From NCBI GenBank assembly GCA_035499145.1, contig DATJZK010000003.1, positions 1 through 51,820 of the forward strand: DNA of 51,820 nt. The letters run 5' to 3'. Under the pieces are notes generated by a model that was given only the letters and a program-made list of their open reading frames with translations, searched no databases and was not told the DNA's origin. This document shows positions 41,175-49,247 of the stretch, one piece after another. Source of the stretch: Thermoplasmata archaeon. GTDB lineage: Archaea; Thermoplasmatota; Thermoplasmata; Lutacidiplasmatales; UBA184. A program made the translations under genes and the position numbers. Each line of letters starts with the position of its first letter. Within the stretch, counting starts at the first letter, position 1.

Positions 41175-42032
41175 GTGACCCGCCCTCGCTTCCGCGGTCG
41201 CCTCGAGGTGCCGGACGGCCGGATCGACTACGAGGTCGCCGGCGACGGTCCGGGGCTCGTGCTGCTGCACGCGGCGATCGCCGACCTGCGGATGTGGGAC
41301 CGGGAGATCGACCGGCTCGCCCCGGACCACCGCGTGGTGAGGTTCAACTTCCGGGGGTACGGCGGCTCGCTACCGGCGTCGGCCCCGTTCTCGCGCGTCC
41401 GGGACCTCGAAGCCGTGGTCGTCCACCTTGGCCTCGACCGACCGGTGATCGTCGGCCCGAGCGTCGGGGGACGGATCGCGATCGACTTCGCGCTGGAGCG
41501 GCCCGACGCGGTCGGCGGCCTCCTGCTCGTCGCCCCAGGGCTCTCCGGGTTCGAAGCCGAGCTGGAGCCGGCCGGAGCGGCCGCGTACGCCGCCGACGAA
41601 CGGCGGTCCCGCGAGGTCGCGGCGGCCTGGAAAGCCGGGGACCGAGCGACCGCGATCGAGCTCCTCAGGACCCTGTGGTGCCCGGCGCTGAGCGGCGCGG
41701 CGCTCGACCGGTTCCGGCAGATGGTCGAGGAGAATCTCGACGAGGTGTTCGACGACCGCAGCGAGCGGTGGGACACGTTGCCGGACCCGCCGGCCGCGCG
41801 CCGCCTCGGCGGGATCGACGCGCCGACGACCGTGCTGATCGGCGACCGGGACAACCCGGTGATGGGGTACTTTGCCGAGTACATCGCGCGGCAGATCCCC
41901 GGCGCGGTCCGGGTGAAGGTTCCCGGCGGAGACCATCTCCTCAACCTGAGCCGCCCGGACGCGTTCGACGCCGGGCTCGCCTCCCTGCTCGGCCGGGTGC
42001 GACGGCCGGCCGAGCGCGCGGCCGGGGTCTAG
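41175..42032 (+). CDS. alpha/beta hydrolase fold protein
   Basis: LVLLHAAIAD, the nucleophile-elbow-like VGPSVGG, and C-terminal GGDHLLNL. Confidence 0.8.
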   Translation: MTRPRFRGRLEVPDGRIDYEVAGDGPGLVLLHAAIADLRMWDREIDRLAPDHRVVRFNFRGYGGSLPASAPFSRVRDLEAVVVHLGLDRPVIVGPSVGGRIAIDFALERPDAVGGLLLVAPGLSGFEAELEPAGAAAYAADERRSREVAAAWKAGDRATAIELLRTLWCPALSGAALDRFRQMVEENLDEVFDDRSERWDTLPDPPAARRLGGIDAPTTVLIGDRDNPVMGYFAEYIARQIPGAVRVKVPGGDHLLNLSRPDAFDAGLASLLGRVRRPAERAAGV

Positions 42033-42910
42033 CGAGGCCTTCCGTCCGGTCCGGGGCCCGGGCGGGCCCGCGCGTCGACCACGACGTGGGTCCGACCGGG
42101 GCCGTACGGCTTCACCGCGCGCACCGCTGGCTCGGCGAGCATCGTTCCGCCGGCCGCGCGGACCGCGACGGCGACCGTTCCGCCCGTCTCCGATAGGGAC
42201 CGGCGGGCGTCGTCCACCGTGTGCACGTGCAGCCATCCGCCGGCCGGCCGGAGGAGGGCGAGCGCCCGGCCCACCCACGGCACGGCGCTCGGGAGGTACC
42301 CCAGGAACACCCGATCGACGCCGCCCCGCGGCAGCTCGACCGCGCGGTTGTCGCCGGCCACGATCCGGACCCGACCGCCGACGCCGTTGACGGCGACGTT
42401 CCGGCGCAGGTACCCGACCGCGACCGGGTTCTTCTCGACGGCGATCACCTCCGACGGTCGCCCGGTCCGGGCGGCGGGGATCGCGAAGTAGCCGATCCCG
42501 GCGAACAGGTCGGCGACGACCTCGCCCGCACGGACGAGGGCGCCCGCCCGCCGACGCTCCGTACGATTCCCCGCGGCGAACATGATCCGGGCGGCGTCGA
42601 ACGTCCACCGCACCCCGTGCTCGACGACCTCGGTCTCCGTCGTCGTGCCGGCGATCGTCTCGGTCGCCGGTTCGCGGAGCTCGCCGTCGATCGGACCGGT
42701 CCGAACGAGCACCGTCTCGACCCCCAGCTCCGCCTGCCACGCCGCGCCGAGGAGCGCGTGGTACGGTCGGAGCGACGGGGGAAGGCGAAGGACGAGGACC
42801 CGCCCGAGCCGTTGATAGCCGGGGGGCATCTCCGCGGCGAGGGCGGCGCCGGCGGCGGCCCGCAGCCGATCGCGCACCCGTTCCGCGGGGGGACGCCGCG
42901 GGGCGGTCAT
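42029..42910 (-). CDS. class I SAM-dependent methyltransferase, Trm5/Taw2 (Met-10+) family
   Basis: VVADLFAGIGYFAIPAAR, VIAVEKNPVAVGYLRRNVAVNGV, and DRVFLGYLPS. Shares a CTAG stop with the convergent hydrolase gene. Confidence 0.7.
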   Translation of the reverse strand: MTAPRRPPAERVRDRLRAAAGAALAAEMPPGYQRLGRVLVLRLPPSLRPYHALLGAAWQAELGVETVLVRTGPIDGELREPATETIAGTTTETEVVEHGVRWTFDAARIMFAAGNRTERRRAGALVRAGEVVADLFAGIGYFAIPAARTGRPSEVIAVEKNPVAVGYLRRNVAVNGVGGRVRIVAGDNRAVELPRGGVDRVFLGYLPSAVPWVGRALALLRPAGGWLHVHTVDDARRSLSETGGTVAVAVRAAGGTMLAEPAVRAVKPYGPGRTHVVVDARARPGPGPDGRPR

Positions 42911-42920
42911 CGTCGCCGGC

Positions 42921-43676
42921 TCACGCCGGGGGGCCGCCGTCGCCCTTGTCGAGGACGACCTCGAGGAACTGCTTCAGGTGGGCCGTCAGGATCGGGTTGT
43001 CGGTGAAGCCGCACGCGTCGAGGCCGGGCGCGGCGAGCAGGGCGTGCTCGCCGTCGGCCAGCACCTCGGTCGCGAGGAGGTTCTCCCGCGGGATGTACTC
43101 GACCCCCTCCGGGACGCGCTGGAGGGGGGCGGTGACGAACGTGACGCGGACGCCCCGCTTCACGGCGTGCGCGATCTTCTTGCCGAGCTCGTCCCGCAGG
43201 TCCGCGACCTGCGGGGTCGTCAGGATGTACGTGCGGTTCGACTGGTCGAGCATCTCGCCGATCTTCGCCACGACCTTCTCCCGCTCGGAGAGGAGGTAGA
43301 CGAGCTGCGGCTCCCCGTGCTCGGCAACGGCCCGGTGCAGCAGGGCGAGCTGGTCGAACACCTCCTGGATGTTCCCCTTGAGCGTCTCGGCGACCTCGAG
43401 CGGCGCCGTCGGACGGAACAGGATCGGCTTGCCCCCGGTCGGGGACGCGTACCCCTTCGCGGCGAGCGCCTCGAGGACCTTGTAGGCGCTCGTCCGTGGG
43501 ATCCCCGCCGCCGCCGCGAGCGTGGCCGCATCGCCGACGCCGCGGGCGACGAGCGCGATGTACGCCCGGGCCTCGTACTGCGTGAGGCCGACCTTCCCGA
43601 GCACGCCGGTCGCACGGCGGAACTCCTCCGAGTTCTGGTTGCCGAGCGCGACGGTCGTCTCCTCGATCGACGGCAT
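42921..43676 (-). CDS. TrmB family transcriptional regulator
   Basis: LGKVGLTQYEARAYIALVARGVGDAATLAAAAGIPRTSAYKVLEALAAKGY is the TrmB wHTH. The ATG at 43676 is preferred over the GTG at 43694 given the AT island at 43706-43722. Confidence 0.8.
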   Translation of the reverse strand: MPSIEETTVALGNQNSEEFRRATGVLGKVGLTQYEARAYIALVARGVGDAATLAAAAGIPRTSAYKVLEALAAKGYASPTGGKPILFRPTAPLEVAETLKGNIQEVFDQLALLHRAVAEHGEPQLVYLLSEREKVVAKIGEMLDQSNRTYILTTPQVADLRDELGKKIAHAVKRGVRVTFVTAPLQRVPEGVEYIPRENLLATEVLADGEHALLAAPGLDACGFTDNPILTAHLKQFLEVVLDKGDGGPPA

Positions 43677-43726
43677 GCGACCCTCGCTGCCCACGGGGCG
43701 GTCTCGGCTTAGCTTAATCTCTCACC

Positions 43727-45127
43727 CTACGGGGCGGGCTCGGCCAGCTTCCGCAGCGCCGCCTCGCCGAGGAGGTCCTCGACCTCGGCGGCGGAGAGGA
43801 GCCGTCGTTCGACGAGGAGGTCGCGGACGGGCCGTCCCAGCCGTTCGGCGTCGTGCAGGATCTCGGCGACCTTGAGATAGCCGAGCCGGGGGGTGAGGAC
43901 GGTGGCGATCGCGGCCGAGCGGCCGAGGTAGCCGGCGAGGCGCTCGGGATTCGCCGTCAGTCCATCGATACAGCTTCGGGCGAACACGGGCAGGTAGCGG
44001 GCGAGAATCTCCGCCGAGAAGAGGAACTCATAGGCGACGAGCGGCATCATCACGTTGAGCTCGAGCTGGCCGGCCTGGATCGCGAGGGCGCTCGCCGTGT
44101 CGGCGCCCACGACGTGGAAGGCGACCATGTCGAGGCACTCCGCCGCGGACGGGTTGACCTTCGCCGGCATGATCGACGACCCCGGCTGGATCTCGGGCAC
44201 ACGGATCTCGTCGAGCCCGGTCGCGGGGCCGCTCGACAGGAGCCGCAGGTCGTTCGCGATCCGGACGAGCTCGAGCGCGAGCGTGCGCATCCATGCCGAG
44301 CCGAGCCCGAGGGGCCAGCGGCTCTGCATCGTCTCGAACGGGTCGCGCGCGACCCGGATCGGGAGGCCGGAGAGCCGGGCGAGCTCCTCGACCGCCCGAC
44401 CTCGGAAACCCGGGACGGTGTTCACGCCGCTGCCGACTGCGCTGCCGCCGAGCGGCACCTCCGCGAGCGCCCGCTCGATCGGCGGGAGCGTCTCGAGGAC
44501 CCGCTCGAGGACGGTGGCGTACGCGCCGAGCTCGGCGCCGAGGGTCACGGGCATCGCGTCCTTGAGGTGCGTCCGGCCGGCCTTGGCGAGCCGGGCGAAC
44601 TCGGCCTGCTTACGTCGGAAGCTCTCGACGAGCGTCGTCACCGCCCCGCGCAGGTCGGCGAGCGCGAACAGCGCGGCGACCTGGGACGCCGTCGGGTAGG
44701 TATCGTTCGTCGACTGCCCGCGGTTCACGTCGTCGTTCGGGCTCAGCGACGCATAGTCCCCCCGCGGCTTTCCGAGGAGCTCGAGGGCCCGGTTCGTCAG
44801 GACCTCGTTCACGTTCATGTGGAACGAGGTCCCCGCCCCGGCCTGGAAGACGTCGACGACGAGCTCGCGGTCGAGCTTGCCCTCCGCCATCTCCTCCGCC
44901 GCGGCGGCGAGCGCCCGGCCCCGGTCGGCCGGGAGCCCACCCAGCGCGACGTTCGCGCGGACGCACGCGAGCTTGAGGAGGGCGTACGCCCGGATCAGAT
45001 GGCGCGACGCCGTGAGGCCGCTCACCGGGAAGTTCTCGCGCGCGCGGAGGGTCTGGATCCCCCAGTAGGCGCTCGCGGGGACGTCCCGCGGACCGATCGA
45101 ATCGGTCTCCCGGCGGTGCTCGGGCAT
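43727..45127 (-). CDS. aspA: aspartate ammonia-lyase (class II fumarase/aspartase family)
   Basis: RRETDSIGPRDVPASAYWGIQTLRARENFPVSG, GQSTNDTYPTA, and GSSIMPAKVNP (the Ala variant is typical of aspartases). C-terminal 466 codons of track ORF 43727..45856. Confidence 0.8.
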   Translation of the reverse strand: MPEHRRETDSIGPRDVPASAYWGIQTLRARENFPVSGLTASRHLIRAYALLKLACVRANVALGGLPADRGRALAAAAEEMAEGKLDRELVVDVFQAGAGTSFHMNVNEVLTNRALELLGKPRGDYASLSPNDDVNRGQSTNDTYPTASQVAALFALADLRGAVTTLVESFRRKQAEFARLAKAGRTHLKDAMPVTLGAELGAYATVLERVLETLPPIERALAEVPLGGSAVGSGVNTVPGFRGRAVEELARLSGLPIRVARDPFETMQSRWPLGLGSAWMRTLALELVRIANDLRLLSSGPATGLDEIRVPEIQPGSSIMPAKVNPSAAECLDMVAFHVVGADTASALAIQAGQLELNVMMPLVAYEFLFSAEILARYLPVFARSCIDGLTANPERLAGYLGRSAAIATVLTPRLGYLKVAEILHDAERLGRPVRDLLVERRLLSAAEVEDLLGEAALRKLAEPAP

Positions 45128-45151
45128 CGCCGTGCGAGAGGGGCCGCCGAC

Positions 45152-45163
45152 AAAACGTTTAGG
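45152..45163. promoter_or_regulatory. bidirectional AT island (aaaacgtttagg) between aspA and the DUF1614-RDD gene
   Basis: About 30 nt from the aspA ATG (45127) on the minus strand and about 45 nt from the ATG at 45204 on the plus strand. Confidence 0.4.
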
Positions 45164-45203
45164 CTCTCGGGCGGGTGAATCGCACGGTCCCGTCCCCGAA
45201 CCC

Positions 45204-47060
45204 ATGGTCGATCCCTGGCTGCTCACGCTCGACGCGAGCTCGACCGTCGTCTCGCTCGCGCTCCCCGGGGGGCTCTGGACGCTCCTGTTCTTCCTCGCCT
45301 GGGAGCACCCCGCGTTCGCCGAGAGCGTCGGGCTCGGCCGCCGCACCTTTTGGCTGCTGCTCCCGGGGGCGCTGCTCGCCTCGTTCGCGCTCCTTCCGAT
45401 CGCGCCGATCTCCGACGACTGGCTCGCGGTCAGCTTCGCCGGCGCCGCGCTCCCGATCCTGGCCGGGGCGTACGCCGTGCGATCGGTGATGCCGTCGGCG
45501 GCGTCGGGGTTCCTCCGGCTGATCGGCTTCGCGGCCGTGGAGACCGGGGCGATGCTGTGGGTCGTGCTGCCGAGCTCCGCCGGGACCGTCGCCCGCCTCG
45601 GGAGCGCGACCGGCCTCGGCGTCGCGGGAGCGTCGCTGGCCCTCGAGGTGACGATCGGCGCGGTCGCCTGCGCGGCGCTCGCCGCGTGGGCCCGAACGTC
45701 GACCTTCGCGTCGGCGCCGCGCGTGGCGTTGCTCGGGACGGTGATGACGGCGGTCGCCGTGCTCACGTTCGCCGGCTCGAGCTCGATCCCCGGGGTCGGG
45801 ATCGTCGAGTCGTTCCCGTACTTCCTCCTCCCCCCGATCGCAGCCGGCATCGCCACCGGCCTCCTCGCCCCCCGGATCCTAGCCGGCGCCGAAGCCGCCG
45901 CGCTGCCGATCGCCTACCTCGCGACGACGCTCGGGGTGCTCGTCGGGGCCGACGTCCTGCGCGAGCCGCCGCTGTACGGCCACGGGCCCGCCGGCCTGTA
46001 CGCGATCGGCGGCGCCGGGGTCCTCGACCTGGTCTACCTGTCCGGGCTGCTCGCGCTCGCCGCGGCCTACGCGACCCACGTCGCCTTCGAGCGGTCGTGG
46101 GCGCCGCTCGCGACCGGCCGCCGCCGGGAGCCGCGGGCGCCGATCCACCATCTTCGAGACGCGTACCGAGCGGGGGTCGCCGGCGACATCCGCGCCGCCT
46201 TGGCCGGGTCGCTCGCCGCGTCGTCCGCCGCCGAGGCCCAGGCGCGGGCCTGCCTCGGCCCCGGGACGCCAGCTCCGCGCCGGCCGTGGGAGGGACTGCC
46301 GGTCCCGGGCTGGGTCGTGGCCGACCACGCGAACCTCGAGCGGACCGCCCGTTCCGGGACGACGGACCCGCGCGAGGGGTTCCGGGCGTGGCTGACCGCC
46401 CGCTGGCTCGTCCTCGTCGGCCGCGACCTCGCGCTCCGACGGTTCGCCTCGATCGGCGAGCGGATCACCGCCTTCGCGATCGACCTGGTCGTCCTCGCGC
46501 TGCCCGCCGCCGGCGTTTTCGCCGAGATCGCGCGACGGACCCCGGGCGGCTTCGGTTCCCTGCTCCTTAACGTCGGGTTCAACGCGGCGATCGTCGGCTT
46601 CGTCGCGGCCGCGCTCCTCTACTTCGCCATCGCCGAGGCGTGGGTCGGGACGACGATCGGGAAGGCCGCGGTCGGGCTCGCGGTCCGCACGCGCACCCTC
46701 GAGATCCCCGACGGGGAGAGCGCGCTGGTGCGGAACCTGCCGCTCGCGCCGATCCTGACGCTCGTCGGCCTCGGCACCGCGGTCACTCTCGCGCTCGTCG
46801 TGAAGGGCGCCTTCTTCCAAGGAGGGAGCCTGCTGGGCGTCGGCGTCCCGCTGGCCGTGTTCAGCGTGCTCGGGATCGGCCTGCTCGTCGCGATCGGGAC
46901 CGGCCTGCTCGGATCGATCGGCGTCCTCGCGATGGCGCTCACGTGGGAGCGACAGCGGGTCGGCGACCTCTGGGCGGGGACGTGGGTCGTCCGCGCGCCT
47001 ACCCCGACGCCGGCGGAGCCGCCGGGCCCGCCGTCTCGGGCGGCGGACCGATCCGGGTGA
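45204..47060 (+). CDS. polytopic membrane protein: DUF1614-like N-terminal half fused to RDD-family C-terminal domain
   Basis: N-terminal half: AVSFAGAALPILAGAYAV and IGGAGVLDLVYLSG resemble DUF1614 motifs. C-terminal half: RFASIGERITAFAIDLVV..., GTTIGKAAVGLAVR and RQRVGDLWAGTWVV fit the RDD pattern. The start is set at the ATG at 45204. Confidence 0.5.
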   Translation: MVDPWLLTLDASSTVVSLALPGGLWTLLFFLAWEHPAFAESVGLGRRTFWLLLPGALLASFALLPIAPISDDWLAVSFAGAALPILAGAYAVRSVMPSAASGFLRLIGFAAVETGAMLWVVLPSSAGTVARLGSATGLGVAGASLALEVTIGAVACAALAAWARTSTFASAPRVALLGTVMTAVAVLTFAGSSSIPGVGIVESFPYFLLPPIAAGIATGLLAPRILAGAEAAALPIAYLATTLGVLVGADVLREPPLYGHGPAGLYAIGGAGVLDLVYLSGLLALAAAYATHVAFERSWAPLATGRRREPRAPIHHLRDAYRAGVAGDIRAALAGSLAASSAAEAQARACLGPGTPAPRRPWEGLPVPGWVVADHANLERTARSGTTDPREGFRAWLTARWLVLVGRDLALRRFASIGERITAFAIDLVVLALPAAGVFAEIARRTPGGFGSLLLNVGFNAAIVGFVAAALLYFAIAEAWVGTTIGKAAVGLAVRTRTLEIPDGESALVRNLPLAPILTLVGLGTAVTLALVVKGAFFQGGSLLGVGVPLAVFSVLGIGLLVAIGTGLLGSIGVLAMALTWERQRVGDLWAGTWVVRAPTPTPAEPPGPPSRAADRSG

Positions 47061-47337
47061 GCGGGATCGCGATCGAGGAGACGTTCGCCTCGCGCCCGTC
47101 GCGGTTCGTCAGGCGCTCGGTGCCGATCGCGATCGGGCCCAGCTCGACCTGTCCCTCGAGGAACCGCCGGCGGACGACCTCCACGACGTCGACCGCCTTG
47201 CCGATCGCGTTCCCCCGGGCCTTCACGACGACCGGGCCGATCCCGGCGTTCAGCTGCGTGACGACCTGGAAGACGTACGTCATCGTCGGCTTGAGGCCGA
47301 TGAAGACCGTCGCGCCGTCGCCCAGGTCGTCGGACAC
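46999..47337 (-). CDS. albA: Alba DNA/RNA-binding protein (with ~20-aa Pro-rich C-terminal extension)
   Basis: ATVFIGLKPTMTYVFQVVTQLNAGIGPVVVKARGNAIGKAVDVVEVVRRRFLEGQVELGPIAIGTE...GREANVSSIAIPL is canonical Alba. GTG start at 47337. Track ORF 46999..47517 runs through the tRNA gene and is over-extended. Confidence 0.85.
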   Translation of the reverse strand: MSDDLGDGATVFIGLKPTMTYVFQVVTQLNAGIGPVVVKARGNAIGKAVDVVEVVRRRFLEGQVELGPIAIGTERLTNRDGREANVSSIAIPLTRIGPPPETAGPAAPPASG

Positions 47338-47447
47338 GAGCGGTCCGCACCCGACCGCGGTACAAAGGGATTGTGCGACCGCCGCACGCGCGCGGTCGCG
47401 CGTCTTCGCAAAGGTTATCGCCGCCCCTCCTACGCGCGGGAGGGCGT

Positions 47448-47532
47448 GCAGGGGTGGCCCAGCTTGGTCAAAGGCGCCAGGTTGAGGTCCTGGTCTCGTA
47501 GGAGTTCGTGAGTTCAAATCTCACCCCCTGCA
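47448..47532 (+). tRNA. tRNA-Leu (anticodon GAG)
   Basis: Acceptor GCAGGGG/CCCCTGC plus discriminator A. Anticodon stem CCAGG/CCTGG with loop TTGAGGT. Long variable arm (TCTCGTAGGAGTTC). T arm GTGAG-TTCAAAT-CTCAC. Confidence 0.9.
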
Positions 47533-47613
47533 TCTCCCCCGCCGGCTCGAACGCCGCGTCCGTCCTCCCGCCCGCCGGTGAGGACCGGGCCACGGTGCCG
47601 CGCGCATCCGGCG

Positions 47614-47623
47614 TTCTATAAGG
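47614..47623 (+). promoter_or_regulatory. TATA-like element (ttctataagg)
   Basis: 34-38 nt upstream of the ATG at 47655. A GGAG lies about 11 nt upstream of the ATG. Confidence 0.4.
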
Positions 47624-47654
47624 TCGCGACGGCATCCTAGGAGCCGTTCCCTCG

Positions 47655-48644
47655 ATGGCGGCCCAGCAGAGGACGTGCGGCAGCTGCGGGAGCCCCGTGC
47701 CCGAGGACGTCCTCGTCTGCCCGCGCTGCCACGCGTTGCTCACCTCCGACGCCGCGTCGCCCGCCGACGGATCGGGGATCGCCGCGGAGGCGCGGCGGCC
47801 CGCCGCCGTGCCCGAGGCGATGGGGTCGTCGTCGCCCGCGAATCCGTTCGCCGCCGACCTCGGCCGTCGGCTCGCGCGCGTCGGTCAGTGGGCCGAGGCG
47901 GCCGAGCCGCTCGGCGTCGAGCTGCCCCGGCTCCCCGCATGGGCCGGCGAGGCGGCGCGGAGCGCGTCGAACCCGGAGCCGTGGGCCGAGGTCGTGCGGG
48001 GCATCGAGCGGCTGGCGCAGCGTCGGATCGTGACGGCCTTCGAGGAGTGGGAGCGCCGCGAGAAGTCCCGGCTCGCCCGCCTCGAGGCGTACGCGGTCGA
48101 CAGCCGGCTCGAGCGCGAGCAGATCGATGACGCCCTCCACGCCGCGCGGGTCGGCGACGTCGCCGCCGCGCTCGCGACGTTCCAGCAGGTCGACCGCGTC
48201 GTCGCCCTCAAGGAGCGCCACCTCGACCAGGCGCGCGAGGAGCTCGAGCGGATCGTCGCCCTCCTCAAGGACCTCCAGGCCCTCGGTCTGCCGGTCCCGC
48301 AGGACCCGGCGGAGGCGGCTCGCGCGCTCGAGGGCGAGCTCCGCGCGGGTCGCCTCGCCGCGCTGAAGCAGCTGATCCGATCGCTGCGCACGCGGGCGAC
48401 CGACCGACTGCGGGCCGCGATGCCGAAGTACGTCAGCGACTACGGGGACTTCCTGCTGCGGGAGCGCAGCCAGGGGATCCCGACGGAGCGGGAGGCGACC
48501 GAGCTCGCGCAGGGCGCGAGGGACGTCTTCCAGGGCCGCACCGACGACGGGATCCGTCGGCTCCGCGGGCTCCAGCAGACCCACGGATCCTCGACGAGCC
48601 AGACGACCCCGCCCCCGTCGCGCCTCCGCGACGCGGGCCGCTAG
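47655..48644 (+). CDS. hypothetical protein: N-terminal zinc ribbon + long helical/coiled-coil region
   Basis: CGSCGSPVPEDVLVCPRCHA, followed by about 250 aa of E/R/A/L-rich helical sequence. No family recognised. Confidence 0.5.
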   Translation: MAAQQRTCGSCGSPVPEDVLVCPRCHALLTSDAASPADGSGIAAEARRPAAVPEAMGSSSPANPFAADLGRRLARVGQWAEAAEPLGVELPRLPAWAGEAARSASNPEPWAEVVRGIERLAQRRIVTAFEEWERREKSRLARLEAYAVDSRLEREQIDDALHAARVGDVAAALATFQQVDRVVALKERHLDQAREELERIVALLKDLQALGLPVPQDPAEAARALEGELRAGRLAALKQLIRSLRTRATDRLRAAMPKYVSDYGDFLLRERSQGIPTEREATELAQGARDVFQGRTDDGIRRLRGLQQTHGSSTSQTTPPPSRLRDAGR

Positions 48645-49156
48645 AGGATCCGCTCGAACAGTTGGACGTCCTCGTTCCACTCGTGGCGGTGGAGGACGCC
48701 GGCGGGGGCGAAGCCCAGACGCTTGAACAGCGACAGCGCCGCGGCGAACCGGGCGAGCGGGTCGACCCAGACGGACCCGGCGCTCGCGTGGCGCGCCCAC
48801 TCGAGCGTCGCGCCGACGAGCGCGCTCCCGATCCCCTGGCGACGGGTCTCGGGGTCGACGACGAGGTGGAGGAGCCGGCAGCTGCCGTGGCGGAGCTCGC
48901 AGCCGATGACGCCGAGGAGGCGACCGTCCCGACGCGCCGAGAAGTACGTGACCCCCTCCATCCAGCTCGTGAACTCGAGCGGGGTCGGCTGCCACGTCTT
49001 CACGAGCTCGGTCGGCGCGCCCGAGGCGTCCGACTCCCAGACCTTCTTGTACAGCGAGCAGATCGCGGGCACGTCCTGGTGCGTGATCCGTTCGACGAGG
49101 ATGGGGGCGAGCGCCGAGCGCTGCGCTCCTCGGTCCGACCCTTGGTCTGTTGCCAC
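48641..49156 (-). CDS. GNAT family N-acetyltransferase
   Basis: Acetyl-CoA-binding motif LVVDPETRRQGIGSALVGATLEWAR. GTG start at 49156. Shares a CTAG stop with the convergent gene. Confidence 0.7.
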   Translation of the reverse strand: MATDQGSDRGAQRSALAPILVERITHQDVPAICSLYKKVWESDASGAPTELVKTWQPTPLEFTSWMEGVTYFSARRDGRLLGVIGCELRHGSCRLLHLVVDPETRRQGIGSALVGATLEWARHASAGSVWVDPLARFAAALSLFKRLGFAPAGVLHRHEWNEDVQLFERIL

Positions 49157-49247
49157 GCTGGGGCCCCCGATGAGCGAGCGACCGGCGAAGGCGCGCGCCC
49201 GCTCTTGAACCTTGCTCCGCGGACCGGCCGACGGCGCGACGGCGCGT

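Noticed and set aside
47337-47517. 60-codon N-terminal extension of Alba (track ORF 46999..47517)
   Set aside because: It runs antisense through the tRNA-Leu gene. Alba homology begins just after the GTG at 47337.
41039-47532. Integrated mobile element or genomic island next to tRNA-Gly or tRNA-Leu
   Set aside because: There are no integrase, transposase or phage-like ORFs nearby. The flanking genes are housekeeping (hydrolase, Trm5-like, TrmB, AspA, Alba). I noticed no repeat of the tRNA 3' ends, although I could not run an exhaustive repeat search.
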